DNA of 64,000 nucleotides from Ptychomitrium polyphyllum (Eukaryota), in the NCBI GenBank assembly GCA_973851085.1, contig OZ316776.1, positions 13,888,001 through 13,952,000 on the forward strand, read 5' to 3'. The first letter of the stretch is position 1; each line of letters starts with the position of its first letter. The position numbers and the translations under genes were made by a program. Positions 1 through 12,710 of this stretch are shown piece after piece. The notes under the pieces are model-generated. The model had not been told where the DNA came from and did no database searches. It was given only the letters and a program-made list of their open reading frames with translations.

Positions 1-1620
1 TTTTTAAACTCTCTAAGTCTCAATGCTAAAAATTTTAAATACAAAGAGAATTCAATATGCAAAATTTCATTGAAAAAGAAATTACTGGCATTGAAAATTT
101 GAAACACAAGCAATTTTGTTACCAAACCTTGTTACTTAATTAAAGTATCAATTGTTAGTTCAATTTCAAAAACCCTTATATTTTAGACTATTGATGTTGA
201 AAGTTTATAATACAAAAGAAATGCAAAACTGAAATGTTAGCAAATTTTAGACAATTAGCATTAAGTTATTATATTACAAGCAATTATAAATATTGTAAAT
301 TCTATTGTATATATTTGTAACATTTGCAAATACAATTTCAAAAATGCTTGCATTTTATGTTCTTAGTGCAAAGAATTTAAATTACATAAGAATTCAAAAT
401 CAAGGATCTAATGTAAGTTATATTCTTGGCACCAACAGTTTGTTTTACAAACAATATTGGATTTAGCATGTCTAGTTGTATAATAAACTTTCAACAACTA
501 ACTCAAAAACCAAAAAATGCCAAACCTTGGGTATTGATAAGCTAAAATTTAACCTTTTTAACATTGTTATTATAAAATTTTATGAAATTTAATCTCTTGG
601 TGTCAAAAAAATTAAATTTCATAGAATTTTGTGAAAGCAAGGTTTGAACAGTGACAACAAACAATTTCACATTGTGCACATTAAAAAACTAAATACATTC
701 CATCCACAAACTAAAATATCATCTTTCAATACCAAAAAGTTAATTTTTGGCATTTATTAAGAAATATGAACAACATGAAACATCATCACCATATCTAGCC
801 CATACTAACTTCCGTTGTTAACACTTTTCCAAAACAAGTCAGAAATTAAACTCTTGGTGTTAAGAGTAATAATTTCAATTATTTCCAGCAAATTTGGACT
901 TTGGCTTTAAATTACAATTGCTCCAATTCAATACTACTGCAATTTAGAAAATAGAATAATCTAAATTCTTGGTGTTGAAAGTCTAAATTGCAAGCACTTT
1001 AAAGAACTTATTAGGATTGAAATATAATATTGCCAAGTTAAATCACGACTTTCAAAAAACTATATACATCAAGTAAAACCACCTCTTAGTGCTAGGAATT
1101 ACTTTTATAAATGATTTAAAAAATCTAAGAATGCTTAAATTCTAACAATTGGTTCTACTTCATTGCATTATCAAAACTGCACATCTCATGCAAAAGTATA
1201 TTTTGGCATTAAGACTTTATTTGACAAACACTTTACAATACCAAATAACATTGAAATATTTAAAACAAATTCTATTTCATTGTGTTCCTAAAACTACAAA
1301 CCTTGCCTAAAATTATCTCTTGCTGCCATGACTCTCCCATATAGACGTTTCTTAAATTTAATATTGTTGGAAATTAAAGACTTAGTTTCATATCAATTCA
1401 CTTAACTGCATTAAAAAAAACTACAACCCTTAAGCAATAGTCTTTCTTTAACACCAAGAACCTTTGTAACCAGAAGAAAATGCAACTTACCTTAATTCAA
1501 ACTGCAGCCTCAATCAGTTTTACAAATTATATTGAAAAGCAAAAAGATCTCATAAACTAATTCTCTCAATACCAAGAGTTATATAAACAAACTATGTATA
1601 CAATTTCTGATTTTAATTTT
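1..1620 (-). repeat. Highly degenerate tandem repeats (~170-bp bipartite units at 1-700; ~117-bp units at 850-1600), possibly a decayed repeat-protein ORF
   Basis: TCTTGGTGT/TCTTRGYRC-like anchor recurs at ~853, 967, 1084, 1201, 1318, 1446, 1564 (mostly 117-bp spacing) and at ~361, 425, 527, 596. Confidence 0.5.
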
Positions 1621-4456
1621 CAAACATGTGCTATTGTGAAATTTATAATTCCAACCTTTATTTTTTTGTCCTTGCTTTATTTGAAGCTTGGATCTATTTG
1701 TAATTGTTGCATTTACAATGAACTTTAGGATTAAGCGTCATGGCTTCAAAAATCAAGGTTAAAAAAGGAGAATTTTTAAATGATTCTTTCTATCATTTCT
1801 TACTTTGGCTTCCAAGGTAGGTTCTACTATGATATACTTATAACAATTCAAAATTGATATTCAAAGACCAATTTTGGCAACAAAAATTCAATTATCATAT
1901 GCAAATTTTAAATTCTTGTATTTTAAAACCTTCTAATATAAAATCATCAACCTTAACATTTATCATTCAACTTTGTTGACATGACAACCATCTAAAATAA
2001 AACAAGCTTTGATTATAATGCTTTGTTTGACACTCTTTTAAATACCATTTTAATTTAGAAGTGCGCCACTCCTTGATACCAAGGTTAATCATAATATAAC
2101 CATTAAGCTCAAAGATGGCTTATATGCCAAGTACAAATATCTCACTTTACTATTATATTTGACTATTTTTATCTTGTGAGAATTTGATTTCTTATTGCAA
2201 TAGCAACCTTCTACTTTAAAGATTATGTTGTGCCCCACATTATACCATTTGATAGTGATGGGTAGTACACTCCACCTAAGTCACTTGTATATTTTAGATT
2301 CTAGCTGCACTCTTGATTAACTCATACTAGATTTTTGATAAAGTCTTTCTTCTTTATTAATTCATACTTTAATCATACATTGTGAGAAGCAATGAAAGGT
2401 TGTTGATTTTTGAATGTAAGAAAGTACAAAATCTTAGGTCACTTAATGTCAAATATGGATGCTTTCACTAAATTTTCCACTTTAATTAAGTCAAGTACAT
2501 CTACTATCAACTTCTTGCTACTAGCCAGGATGAATTTAGAACCAATTGCAAAGAAGATTTTCCTTCTTAACAACTCTAGCACTAAAAATTCTTGTTGGTA
2601 GATCTCTTTACATATTCATCTTTGCCAATTTTCACTTGAATATTTTCACCTCCTTCTTCTATTAATAAACCTCTTTAACATCCTCCACCAATTAGTCTTA
2701 CCAAATTTTATTCTTGTCATTAACCACTTGGCATTAAGAAAGGCACAACAAATGTGCTCACTAAGTTGAATTGTGGTATTTTTATATCAAATAAAAATGT
2801 CACATTCTTCCTTTTTTACTTTAATGGCAATATCATCTTTGTGTTTATGTCCATTGGCACTCTAATGCCTCTTATTGATCTTGTAAAGGACATGGAATTA
2901 TAAATAAATACTTCAATGATTACGTTATTAAGGATAGAAATATTCCTTAGAGTATTATCTTCCTTATCATACAACATAGTCTTTAGGACCTTTTATTACA
3001 AATATAAGAAAGAAAAAGTAGACATAAAGTCTTTCTAAGATTTAACTTCCAAAGAGTTAATGCTTAACAAGACCTGATACAAAAACTAGAGCAAGGCATG
3101 ATAGATATTGATCCACAACTTGTGTTGGCACGACTAAGGTATGTTTTATCTTATATTTTATTTATACTATGACAATTATACCTTCTAGGATACATCTAAG
3201 GAAAATTCCTACAAGGCTAAAGTATTTTATAGGAGTCTATGGAATCTTCTAAAGAAATTCATTAAGGCGTTGGAACCTTCCTAAGAAGCTTCTCAAAAAG
3301 GTGGAAACGGCTAAATAAACATTGAAAGTATTCTCAAAAGCTACTACACAATACTCTTAGACTCTAGAAGGTTTTAAAGAATATATTGTATGATCTATGT
3401 CCGTGACATCATTTCTTCTTTTAGCAACGAGTCCCATGAAGAGCTCTTTCTGTGGCTTGCTTGTCACATCTCCACAAATTCCAAAATTTGTCGAAGAAGT
3501 GAATCAATATATTTTATTCATTGATTTCTGCCCATTGCTTCAATTGGTCTTTGCAAGAAGCGCTAATGACTCTTAGCTAAGACTTTTATTGTTGAAGTGT
3601 CCCAGTCTAAGATTTGATCTTGATTAAGTCTTTCAAAACATCCTCCAAACATGATCTTTGATCCTCCAAGAATGACTCTTCTAACTTGTAACAAGATGAC
3701 TAGAGCTCAAGCATCTAAATCAAGACTGGAATAAAAAGGGAATTGGCTAATACTTGTGCACAAGGTCGCACTTGATGTTGGAATGCCTCCCTCATATCTT
3801 GGCTTAGATCCTCTATTACCAAAGATTGAAAAAGTTGAGTTGATTCAACAAGTGCTGTTATTGAAGAAGGCACGATCGATTGTTCTTCACGCATATCCAT
3901 GATAACACAAAGATTTGACATACTAGCTAGGATTTGAAGATGATCTACCTTGGAAATAATGCTGCATATAATTGAAGGTTTGGATGTCTCTCCCCCCTTC
4001 TTATACTTGTCTATGGAAAAATCTTCTCTATGAAGCTAACAACTACTAATAACACGTTACTAACTTGATTTCTGAAGATATCTTTGATGACATTTGCGTA
4101 CCTTGTAAAATGCATTTGTTAGGTTCATCAAAGGTTTTCATGTTTGAACATGCCATGTCTTTGCCAATGTATAAGGTACTCCACACATCCATTCTTGATA
4201 CGTGAATCTAAGATTTCTTTGACTTCATATTCCATTTCATTATTGATTTCCCTCGGAGGAGGCGGAATAACAACCCTCTCTAGTATACATGACTTGTTGT
4301 AGGTTTCCAACAAAAATATGTGGTACACTGGATGAATATGTGGTAGTTTGAAGCAATAAATGACTGGATTTATTTATTTGCTAATTTCAAACAGTCGTAG
4401 TCTTTGATAATCTAGCTTCTTCAATGGTCTTCTTGTTTGTATGTTTTGTTGTAGGA

Positions 4457-5601
4457 TGTCGCACACCTCTCTTTGAGGAGTGCCCGCAACACCAAGGGCA
4501 CAAGGGCAATCCCGGAGTAACGTCCGGGACTTGTGGTGCCGATAGAAAGGAGGACCGAGTGGGCCTAGCGTGAGAAAGACCCCTAGGGGAAGAAACATCC
4601 TTGCCCATGTAGATAGAGGGCCACAAGGGATAAATTGTAGGCATTGGAGGAATCACAAAGAGCTGATTTTATAATGCTAAAGATTGCTCAAATTGGACAA
4701 GGATGCTAAAAGTCATGGCATTCCAAAGTTGGGGTTGCCAAGGGGTTGTTCTGGACTATGGCAGCCGTACATAGTGACTGTACTGGACTGGGTTAGTCCA
4801 CGGTGAGACTCCCCGGGAGTCTTGAACCTTGGGAGAGGCATATCTCCCAGAATACTAACTCAAATCGGACGTTTGAGGAGTCTATCGGCATGTACGCAAA
4901 GACTAAATGACAATAAAGTGGTTGTTTGATAGATTCAAGCACCAAACGTGGAAGATATGGCTCTCTGAAGGTCTGCTGGGAGTTCCTGAGGCTTTAAGCA
5001 GCTAAGTCCCAAGGGAGATTGGGTGGTCTTCCAAAAGTTTGGATGTGTCGGGGTTCAGCCAGCTATAGAGGGCCAGGGGGCCTGCCAAATCCCACAGAGA
5101 GTACCATAAGGGAGGGTTGGTCTTCCTCCCAACTTCTCTAATATTCCGGTAGAAACCAAGGGTGAGTCCCGGTTGGTGGAGCTAGTATTGGTGCTTCACC
5201 ACGGAGACTCCCACACTATTGTGAGTCGATGGATGGCCGGTTTCTTAGAAGGAACTAGTACGTTCAAAAGGGTACGCTTGTTACCACTAAGTTGGGGTGG
5301 TGTCTTCACGTCGGCACCATGATGGCTTGGAGTGATCTTAGGATCACATGGGCATCATGAGTTGTGGTGAGGAGACAACACTAAGTGCGGTTAGGCCGTG
5401 TGGAATGGGAGTAACACCAAGTAAGGCCTTGGATATGAATAGAAGTCTGCACCTAACCATTGGCTACCAATCAATTGGGTGTCCTAAGAAAAATGGTAGA
5501 GGGACTTGGAGAATGAGAATGGGAGTTAACCATGTGCATGTTGAGGTGTACAGGGTTGACGGGTGTGAGGCTTGCTAAGGTGCATTACAAGAGTTGTGAC
5601 A
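4457..5601 (+). repeat. 5' LTR, family A
   Basis: TGTCGC...GTGACA termini; homologous to 9498-10641, 12711-15023, 13441-14585 (inverted) and 50364-51506. Confidence 0.95.
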
Positions 5602-5603
5602 TT

Positions 5604-5615
5604 TGGTATCAGAGC
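5604..5615 (+). promoter_or_regulatory. Primer-binding site for tRNA-iMet
   Basis: TGGTATCAGAGC 2 nt after the LTR end. Confidence 0.95.
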
Positions 5616-5632
5616 AGACTTTGAATATCTAA

Positions 5633-8600
5633 GTGCTACGTTGCAAGGAGGCAATGGATAAGAAGAAGGCCGGTGATGCCGAGGAGTCTGGGGCCTCTAA
5701 ACGACTACGCACAAGGGTGAACAAAGATCCCAATCCGATTAATGAAGCTCCATCCTTTGATTTCAATAGGCAAGGGAATGATATTGGAGTCACCGAGGAA
5801 GTTGAGGAAACTCAACAAGACGAAGCATTGGAGGGTGGAGAGTACTCAGGAGCTAGGATTTTTGAGGCACCTAAGGGCCTAGAAGGTCAGGACCCTGACT
5901 TGAGTTTTTGCATGAAAATGCTTGAGTTCATGGACGGTGTGAACCAAGAACTTAAGCGTAGCAAAGAAGAAAGGGCCTGTCAAGAGAGGTTGATTGAGCA
6001 CTTGATGGCACAAGGTTCGAGGCCCTCATCTTCAACCAAGAAGTTGGCCAAGGTGAATACGCTAAGCATTTTTTCTGGGCTAGATAAAGCAAGGAAGGTG
6101 AAAGAGTTTTTTTTGGAAATTGACAACTATTATGATGTTCAAAAGCCGGACAAAGGGGATAAGGTTTCAATTGCGGTGACCTTTCTGAAAAACCTTGCTC
6201 TTCAATGGTGGACAAGTAAAAAGGAGCAAGAGCCGGAGTTGGTGGCGACTTGGTCTTGGGTCAGTTTTAAAGAGATTTTGAGTGAACGCTTCATTCCAAA
6301 ATACCAAGAGTTGAGGGAGGGCATGAACTTGGTGCAAATGAGGCACACCGGGTTCCTCAAGACTTATGTGCAAGATTTCAACGCCAAAATGAATGCCACA
6401 TTCAAAATGGATGAGTTTTCAAAGAAATGCATATTTTTGGGTGGGCTTCAAAAGTGGGTGGTGGACGCCTTGTTCAAATTTCCAAAGCTTCCTGAGGACG
6501 TGGCGGGAATCATTAAGATTGCGGAAAGAATTGAAGCCGACAAACTCGAAAGAAAATCAAGTGGTTCCTCTCAACGACGTGGATTGAGTCAAAATGTATC
6601 TCGCGGAGGAGAACGCAAGAAATTTGGCTTTGGAACCAAATACAAGGAACAGTAGATGGAAGGGTCTACAACAAAGTGGACCATCATGAGAAAAAATCAT
6701 TCAAATTGGGAGATAAGGGTGCTGAGGTGAAGCATAAGTGTTGCCACGGGTGTGGTAAGATTGGTCACTTCATTGCGGAGTGCCCCAACAAAAAAGTGAG
6801 TACCAAAGCTTGTCACACTTGTGTTGTAGATCACATTTTAGAAGGTGGATTTGTGGCCAAGGCTAGTAGCCTTAAGCCAAGGTTGAGACTCTTATACCTT
6901 GAGGCCCAAATAAATGGCAAAAATGTCTCATGTTTGATTCACACAAGGGCAATGCACTCCTTCATGAGTCCAAAGCTAGTAAGGGAGTTGGGCTTGTCAG
7001 CTCAAAAAGCTAGCAAGTCCATCAATGTGCGATTTGCAAAAGGCAAACCGTACAAGACAAAGGAGGTGGTGTTGGATGTGGCCTTAAGTAGTGGGACATT
7101 GGAGTTGAAAGAAAGTTTTACACTATTTGAGATGGATGACGTAGATATCATTTTAGGTGATACTGTTTTTGAAACTCATGTGGTGGATGTGAAGCAAAAG
7201 CCAGCACGGTTAGTAGTGTGCTGTGGTAGGAAGGAGACAATATTAAAGTTGACTAGGACTCCTATGGTTGCGGGAGGAAAGTTGAACTTAGTCTCCTTAG
7301 AACAATTAGTGAATAACCAATTTGTGATTGTGATGCGTATGGAACAAGAAGAAGGGAATAGGTTAGGTGCCAAGGAGGTTAGAAATATTTCCAAGTGCAT
7401 TCAAAATGTACTAAGTGGTTACAAGGATGTGCTCACCAATGGTCTGCCCGCAAAGTTACCGCCAAGAAGAGAAGTGGATCACAAAATTGAAGTGATATTG
7501 GAAATGGAGCCTCCTTCGAAGGCTCCATACCAAATGAACCAAAAAGAGTTAGAAGATTTGAAGAAGCAATTGAATGACTTGTTGAAAAAAGGCTATATTA
7601 GGCCAAGTAAGTCACCACATGGAGCACCGGTCTTCTTTGTGGACAAAAAGGATGGCAAGCTCCACATGTGTGTTGACTATAGAGCCTTGATTAAAGCCAC
7701 CATCAAGAACAACTATCCTTTAACTCCAATTGATGACCTCTTTGATAGATTGGCGAGAGCTAAATACTTTAGTCGAATAGACTTGAAGTCAGGCTACTAT
7801 CAAATCCACATTGCGGATGAAGATGTGCCAAAGAGCATGATAGTCCCATAGCCGGCCATAGAGGGGAAAAAACCACCATAGCGGCGCTATCAAGAAGGTA
7901 CTATTGGCCGAGCATGAAAGCGTACATTACCAACTTTGTGAAAACTTGTGTAAAGTGCCAACTCAATAGAACCCCTTACCAAAAGCAAGCCGCTCTACTA
8001 CAACCTTTGCCAATTCCGCCGGATCCATGGTTTAGCGTGTCCATGGACTTCATCCCAAGTCTTCCGGAATTGCAAGGGCACGATGCCATCTTTGTGATGG
8101 TGGATCGCTTTAGAAAGTTGGCGCACATGGTATCAATTAGAGGAACCGTAACTGCACATGAGACCGCAAAGCTATTCCTCGATGCATGGTGGAAACATCA
8201 CAGATTGCCGAGAGTGATTGTATTGGACTGAGATCCAAAATTCACTAGTGCTTTTTGGAAATATTTCTTTAGGAAAGTTGGAATCAAATTAACGTTTAGC
8301 AAACGACTTCCATCCCCAAACGGATGGACAAATGGAATAAGTGAACGGAGTCTTGAACCTATACTTGAGGAACTTTGTGAGTGCGGATCAGTGAGATTGG
8401 GTGGATTATGTGAGCCTAGCGGAGTTCAATTACAATGCGGCCAATCATTCGGCGACAAAGCAGTCGCCATTTAAGGTGGCCTATGGTGTGGAGCCACTCC
8501 AGCCTGCCGACTTAGCTCTCAAAGGTGCACATTCAACACTAGAGTTTAACTAAGATGGTGAGGACTTGGCCAAAAAGCGGGAACAGATGTTGGAGAAGAC

Positions 8601-9129
8601 CAAGCTTTTATTGGAAAAGGCACAAAAGTGGTACAAAAAACAAGTCAATGCCGGAAGACGTGAAGTGGAGTATGAAGTAGGCCAAAAGGTGTTGTTGAAT
8701 GTCAAGAACTTAAGCTTGCCCAAAAGCCTCACTCCAAAGTTCATGTCCAAGTTTGCGGGGCCGTTTTCCATTGTGGAGCGGGTGCTTGAAGATGTGTACA
8801 AGTTGCAGCTACCACCCAAAATTAAAGTGCATCCAATATTTCATGTCTCACTCCTTAAGCCGTTCAAAAAAAATACCTTGAGGCCCAATCGCAAACAAGT
8901 GATTTGGCCACCGCCGGAATTGGTGGGTAATCACTTGGAATACAAAGTAGAAGGAATTGTCAAGTGTAGGCACCACAAGAAAGTAGGAAAAGAGTATTTG
9001 GTGAAATGGAGAGAATACCATGAAAAGGAAGCAACTTGGGTAGCGGCCAAAGACTTGGAAAATGCCAATGAAGTGGTGGAACGCTTTGAAAGGAATAGGA
9101 ACTCCAACAAAAGACAACGTCGGCATTGA
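5633..9129 (+). pseudogene. Gag-Pol remnant of the family A element (gag, CCHC, protease, truncated RT, integrase, chromodomain)
   Basis: Retrotrans-gag (ALQWW..SWVSFKE), [16 protein letters not shown] start ([25 protein letters not shown]), jump at ~7833 to integrase [16 protein letters not shown], chromodomain YKVEGIV..YLVKW..ATW; several stops and frameshifts. Confidence 0.9.
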
Positions 9130-9497
9130 TGAGGACATCAATCTTTTTTAGTGGGAGGAGAGAGGCTTGTAGCAGTAACTTCTTCACATCATGTTTTGGT
9201 TCTTTGACTTATGGCAATAAAGTTCAACTTTTGTGTGTGCAAAGAGAAAAATATAAGATGACGTCCTAGTCTTGTGCTTGTGCTAAGTTGGTAGAAGAGG
9301 GGAAATAAACATGTGAAACCAAGTTGGGAAGGCCAAGTAATGGAGACCAAGGTTGGGAGGAAGAATGGTTAAAACCATAAAACCTCTTAGTCTCGGGCTT
9401 GTCCGGGCAAGGACAAGGTAATGGCGCGTGCTTATAAAAGCGCCACTCCTACAAGTATAGTCGATGAGGACATTGACTCCATTAATATGAAAGTGAG

Positions 9498-10641
9498 TAT
9501 TGCGCACCTCTCCTTAAAAAGTACCCGCAACACTAGGGGTACAAGGAGGACCTCGGAGTGACGTCCGGGACTTGTGGCGCCGATAGTGAAAGGAACCAAG
9601 TTGGTCTAGCGTGGGAAAGATCCCGAAGAGGAGAAACATCCTTGCCCATGTAGACCGAGGTCCACAAGGAATAAATCGTAGGCATTGGAGGAATCATGAA
9701 GAACTGATTCTAGAATGCTAAAGATTGCTCAAATCGGACAAGGGAGCTAAAACATATGGCATCCCAAAGTTGGGGCTGCCAAGGGGCTGTTTTGGACTGT
9801 GGCAATTGTACACAATGATTGTACTGGACTAAGTTAGTCCAAGGAGAGACTCCCCGAGAGTCCCGAACCTTGGAAGAGGCATATCTCCCAAAGTTCTAAC
9901 TCAAATTGGACATTTGAGGAGTCTATCGGCATGTACGCGAAGACTAAATGACACCACAATGGTTGCTCGATAGATTCAAGCACCAAACGTGGAAGATATG
10001 GCTCTCTAAAAGTCCGCAGGGAGTTCCGGAGACTTCCAGCGGCTAAGTTCTAAGGGAGATCGGGTGGACTTCCAAAACTCTAGGTGTATCGGGATTCAGC
10101 CAGCTACAAAGGACCAGGGGGCTTGCCAAATCCCACAGAGAGTACTATAGGGGAGGGCTGGTCCCTCTCCCGACTCTCCTAGTATCCAGATGAAAACCAC
10201 GGGTGAGTCTCGTTTGGTGGAGCTAGTGTTGGGTCTTCACCACGGGGACTCCCACATCATTATGAGCCGATGGAGGAACAGTTTCTTGGAGGAAACTAGT
10301 ACGTTCAAAAGGGCAAGCTAATTACCACTAAATTAGGGTAGTGTCTTCACGACGGCACCATAATGGCCCGAAGTGATCTTAGGATTGCATGGAGATCAAG
10401 AGTGGAAGTGAAGAGACACCACTAAGTGCGGTTTGGTTGTTTAGAATGAGAGTAACACCAAGTGAGGCCTTGAACATGAATGGAAGACCGCACCTAATCA
10501 TTGGCTATCAATCAATTCGGTAATCTAAGAAAAATGGTAGAGGCACTTGAAAGTGAAAATGGAGGTTAACCATGTGCATGTGAAGGTGTATAGGGTTGAC
10601 GCGCATAACGCTTGCTAAGGTACATTATAAGCGTTGCAACA
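9498..10641 (+). repeat. 3' LTR, family A
   Basis: TATTGCGCACC (TG>TA)...GCAACA followed by TSD TAGGA. Confidence 0.95.
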
Positions 10642-12710
10642 TAGGAGCCATATCCTATTTCCAACTTTGAACTTTGGATGGTCCTTCCAATAACAATCTC
10701 CATAAGCTTTGGAAGGATCTTGAGTTTGTTGTAATTGGACAGCAACTTCTTAGTGGATTTTAGCAAGTTGAGTTGTAAAATCCTCTGCTACAAGACTTCC
10801 AATATGCTTGACTTGAAATGAATTTGCTTGAGAATGATGGCCATAATTTGCAAATGATGGACTTTGAGTTGTTGAAGAATGCATTATGTTGTTGTAGGCA
10901 AACTTTGCCAAAGGTAAGAGGTCCATCTAGTTGTTTACCTGGTAGTTTATGTTGCAACAAAAGTACTGCTTCAAAATTTAATTCAAACGTTTGGTTTGAC
11001 CATTAGTTTGCGGATGGTGTATTGAAAAAATGTTGATCTTCACACGCAATAGCTGGAATAGAGCCCTCTAAAAGTTGGAAATAAATTGCGGCCCTCCATC
11101 GGATACAATATCATTTAGTAGTTCATATATGCGGTAGACGTGATTTAGGAACAACTTGGCAATTTCTTCTTCTAGTACCGCCTTGTTGTATGAAATGAAA
11201 TGCGCCATCTTGGTAAACCGGTCCATTAGTATTACGATAGAGTTCTTAGAATTGGAACTTGGAAGGTCCATGATAAAATCCATTGACAATGATAACCATA
11301 GATCCTTTGGCACTAGAAGCGGATGGAAAAGACCATGAGGTTGGTGTCTTGGTACCTTGGCCCTTGTGCAAGTGTCACATAATCAAACAAAGTCCTTTAC
11401 GTATTTCCTCACTTGTGGCCACCAATAGTCTCTAGCAATCGATTCCATTGTTTTATTGAATCCAAAATGCCTTGATGTTAGAAAATGATGACATGTTTGA
11501 AAGATCCTCAATTGCATAGGTTCTACAACTAGGTACAAAAGTCCTTTATAATAAAGTAGGCCCTCTTGGAATTCAAAGTCCTCATTGCTATTTGAAGGAT
11601 CTTTGTTGTCTTCGAGGCGCCCCTTCATATTTGAAACAAAGACATTATTCTTCAAAGCCCTCCAAATTTTGTCAAGATGAAATATTGTGGTCATAATTGC
11701 TACTTCCAATTGAAGGTTTTTGCGGCTTCAATAAAATAGTACACTGTTGGTCCAAAACTTCAATTCCAAGTTGAGGAGCTAAATATAATCTGCAAGCCAA
11801 GGCATCTGGCTTGCCTTGTACGCTACCAAATCCATAGATAATGACAAAGTCAAATTTGGAAGGCGACATACTACACCTTCTATGACGGCAATTTAGAGTG
11901 CGCGCACACATGAAGTATTGTAAGTTTATTGTGGTCTGTATATATCGTAATGGTATATTGAGCTCCTTCCAAGAAGTATTGCCGTTCCTCAATCTTGTGA
12001 AGAAGGTTGCACAATCTTAGAAAACTTCTTAAAAAAGGTTCCATTGACTTCTAGAACATTTTTAAGCCTTGTTAAAAGCTTCTTCAGATGTATTGTAGGA
12101 GATACCAACATCATTGTATGTATATGAGGCAAGACAAAGTATACCTTAGTCTTGCCAACAGAAATTAAGGATCATATTGTATCAAGCCTTATTCTAGTCT
12201 TTGTGTGAGTTCTTGTTAATTGTTAGCTCTTTGGAAGCTAATTTTTAGGAAATACTTTATCTCTGCTTCTTATTTCTAATGTCCCTAACAGCTTGGCAAA
12301 ACTACCTTTTATCTTTGTTAAAGCTTAGAATCTTTGAAGAAAATAATGAATTATCGCTTTTCCTTAGGATTACATAGTGTCTTGGTGGTTGGGGATTACC
12401 TTCCTCTAAGCTGATACCATAAGTTGGTTTCTTTTTTGAATTAAAAAATACTATTTCTTTTAACATACACACAATCTTTCAAAAGATGCGGATTACCTTC
12501 TTTTGAAGATATTGATAGTATTCTTGCTTTTACAATCTTAAATATAGATAATATGCAAAAAACATCACAGAATAGAGATACAACTATTGCAGACCTTCAA
12601 GAGTTATTAAATATAGTTCAAATGGAAGTCACTTGCTTCAATCCCACCAACAATTCAAAGTAGCACACATTGCAAGCTAAAGAATCAAATGGCAATGTTC
12701 AAAGTCTATA

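Larger units (their letters stand above)
4457..10641 (+). mobile_element. Family A Ty3/Gypsy chromovirus, both LTRs present, internally deleted (most of RT and all RNase H missing)
   Basis: LTRs 4457-5601 and 9498-10641; TSD TAGGA at 4452-4456 and 10642-10646; PBS TGGTATCAGAGC; gag, zinc knuckle, protease, RT N-terminus, integrase and chromodomain remnants. Confidence 0.95.
2994..11992 (-). mobile_element. Family B Tcn1-like chromovirus, 3' half only (end of RNase H, integrase, chromodomain, 3' region, 3' LTR), interrupted by a family A element
   Basis: LTR 2994-3408 homologous to 30638-31147; PPT complement 3409-3421; chromodomain remnant (EYEVKEILDSRIKNGCVEYLIHW, 4128-4328); integrase remnants (SMDFIMDLP..DRFTKMAHF, 11068-11313); sequence is contiguous across the 4457-10641 insertion when compared with 32200-32250. 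Confidence 0.9.
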
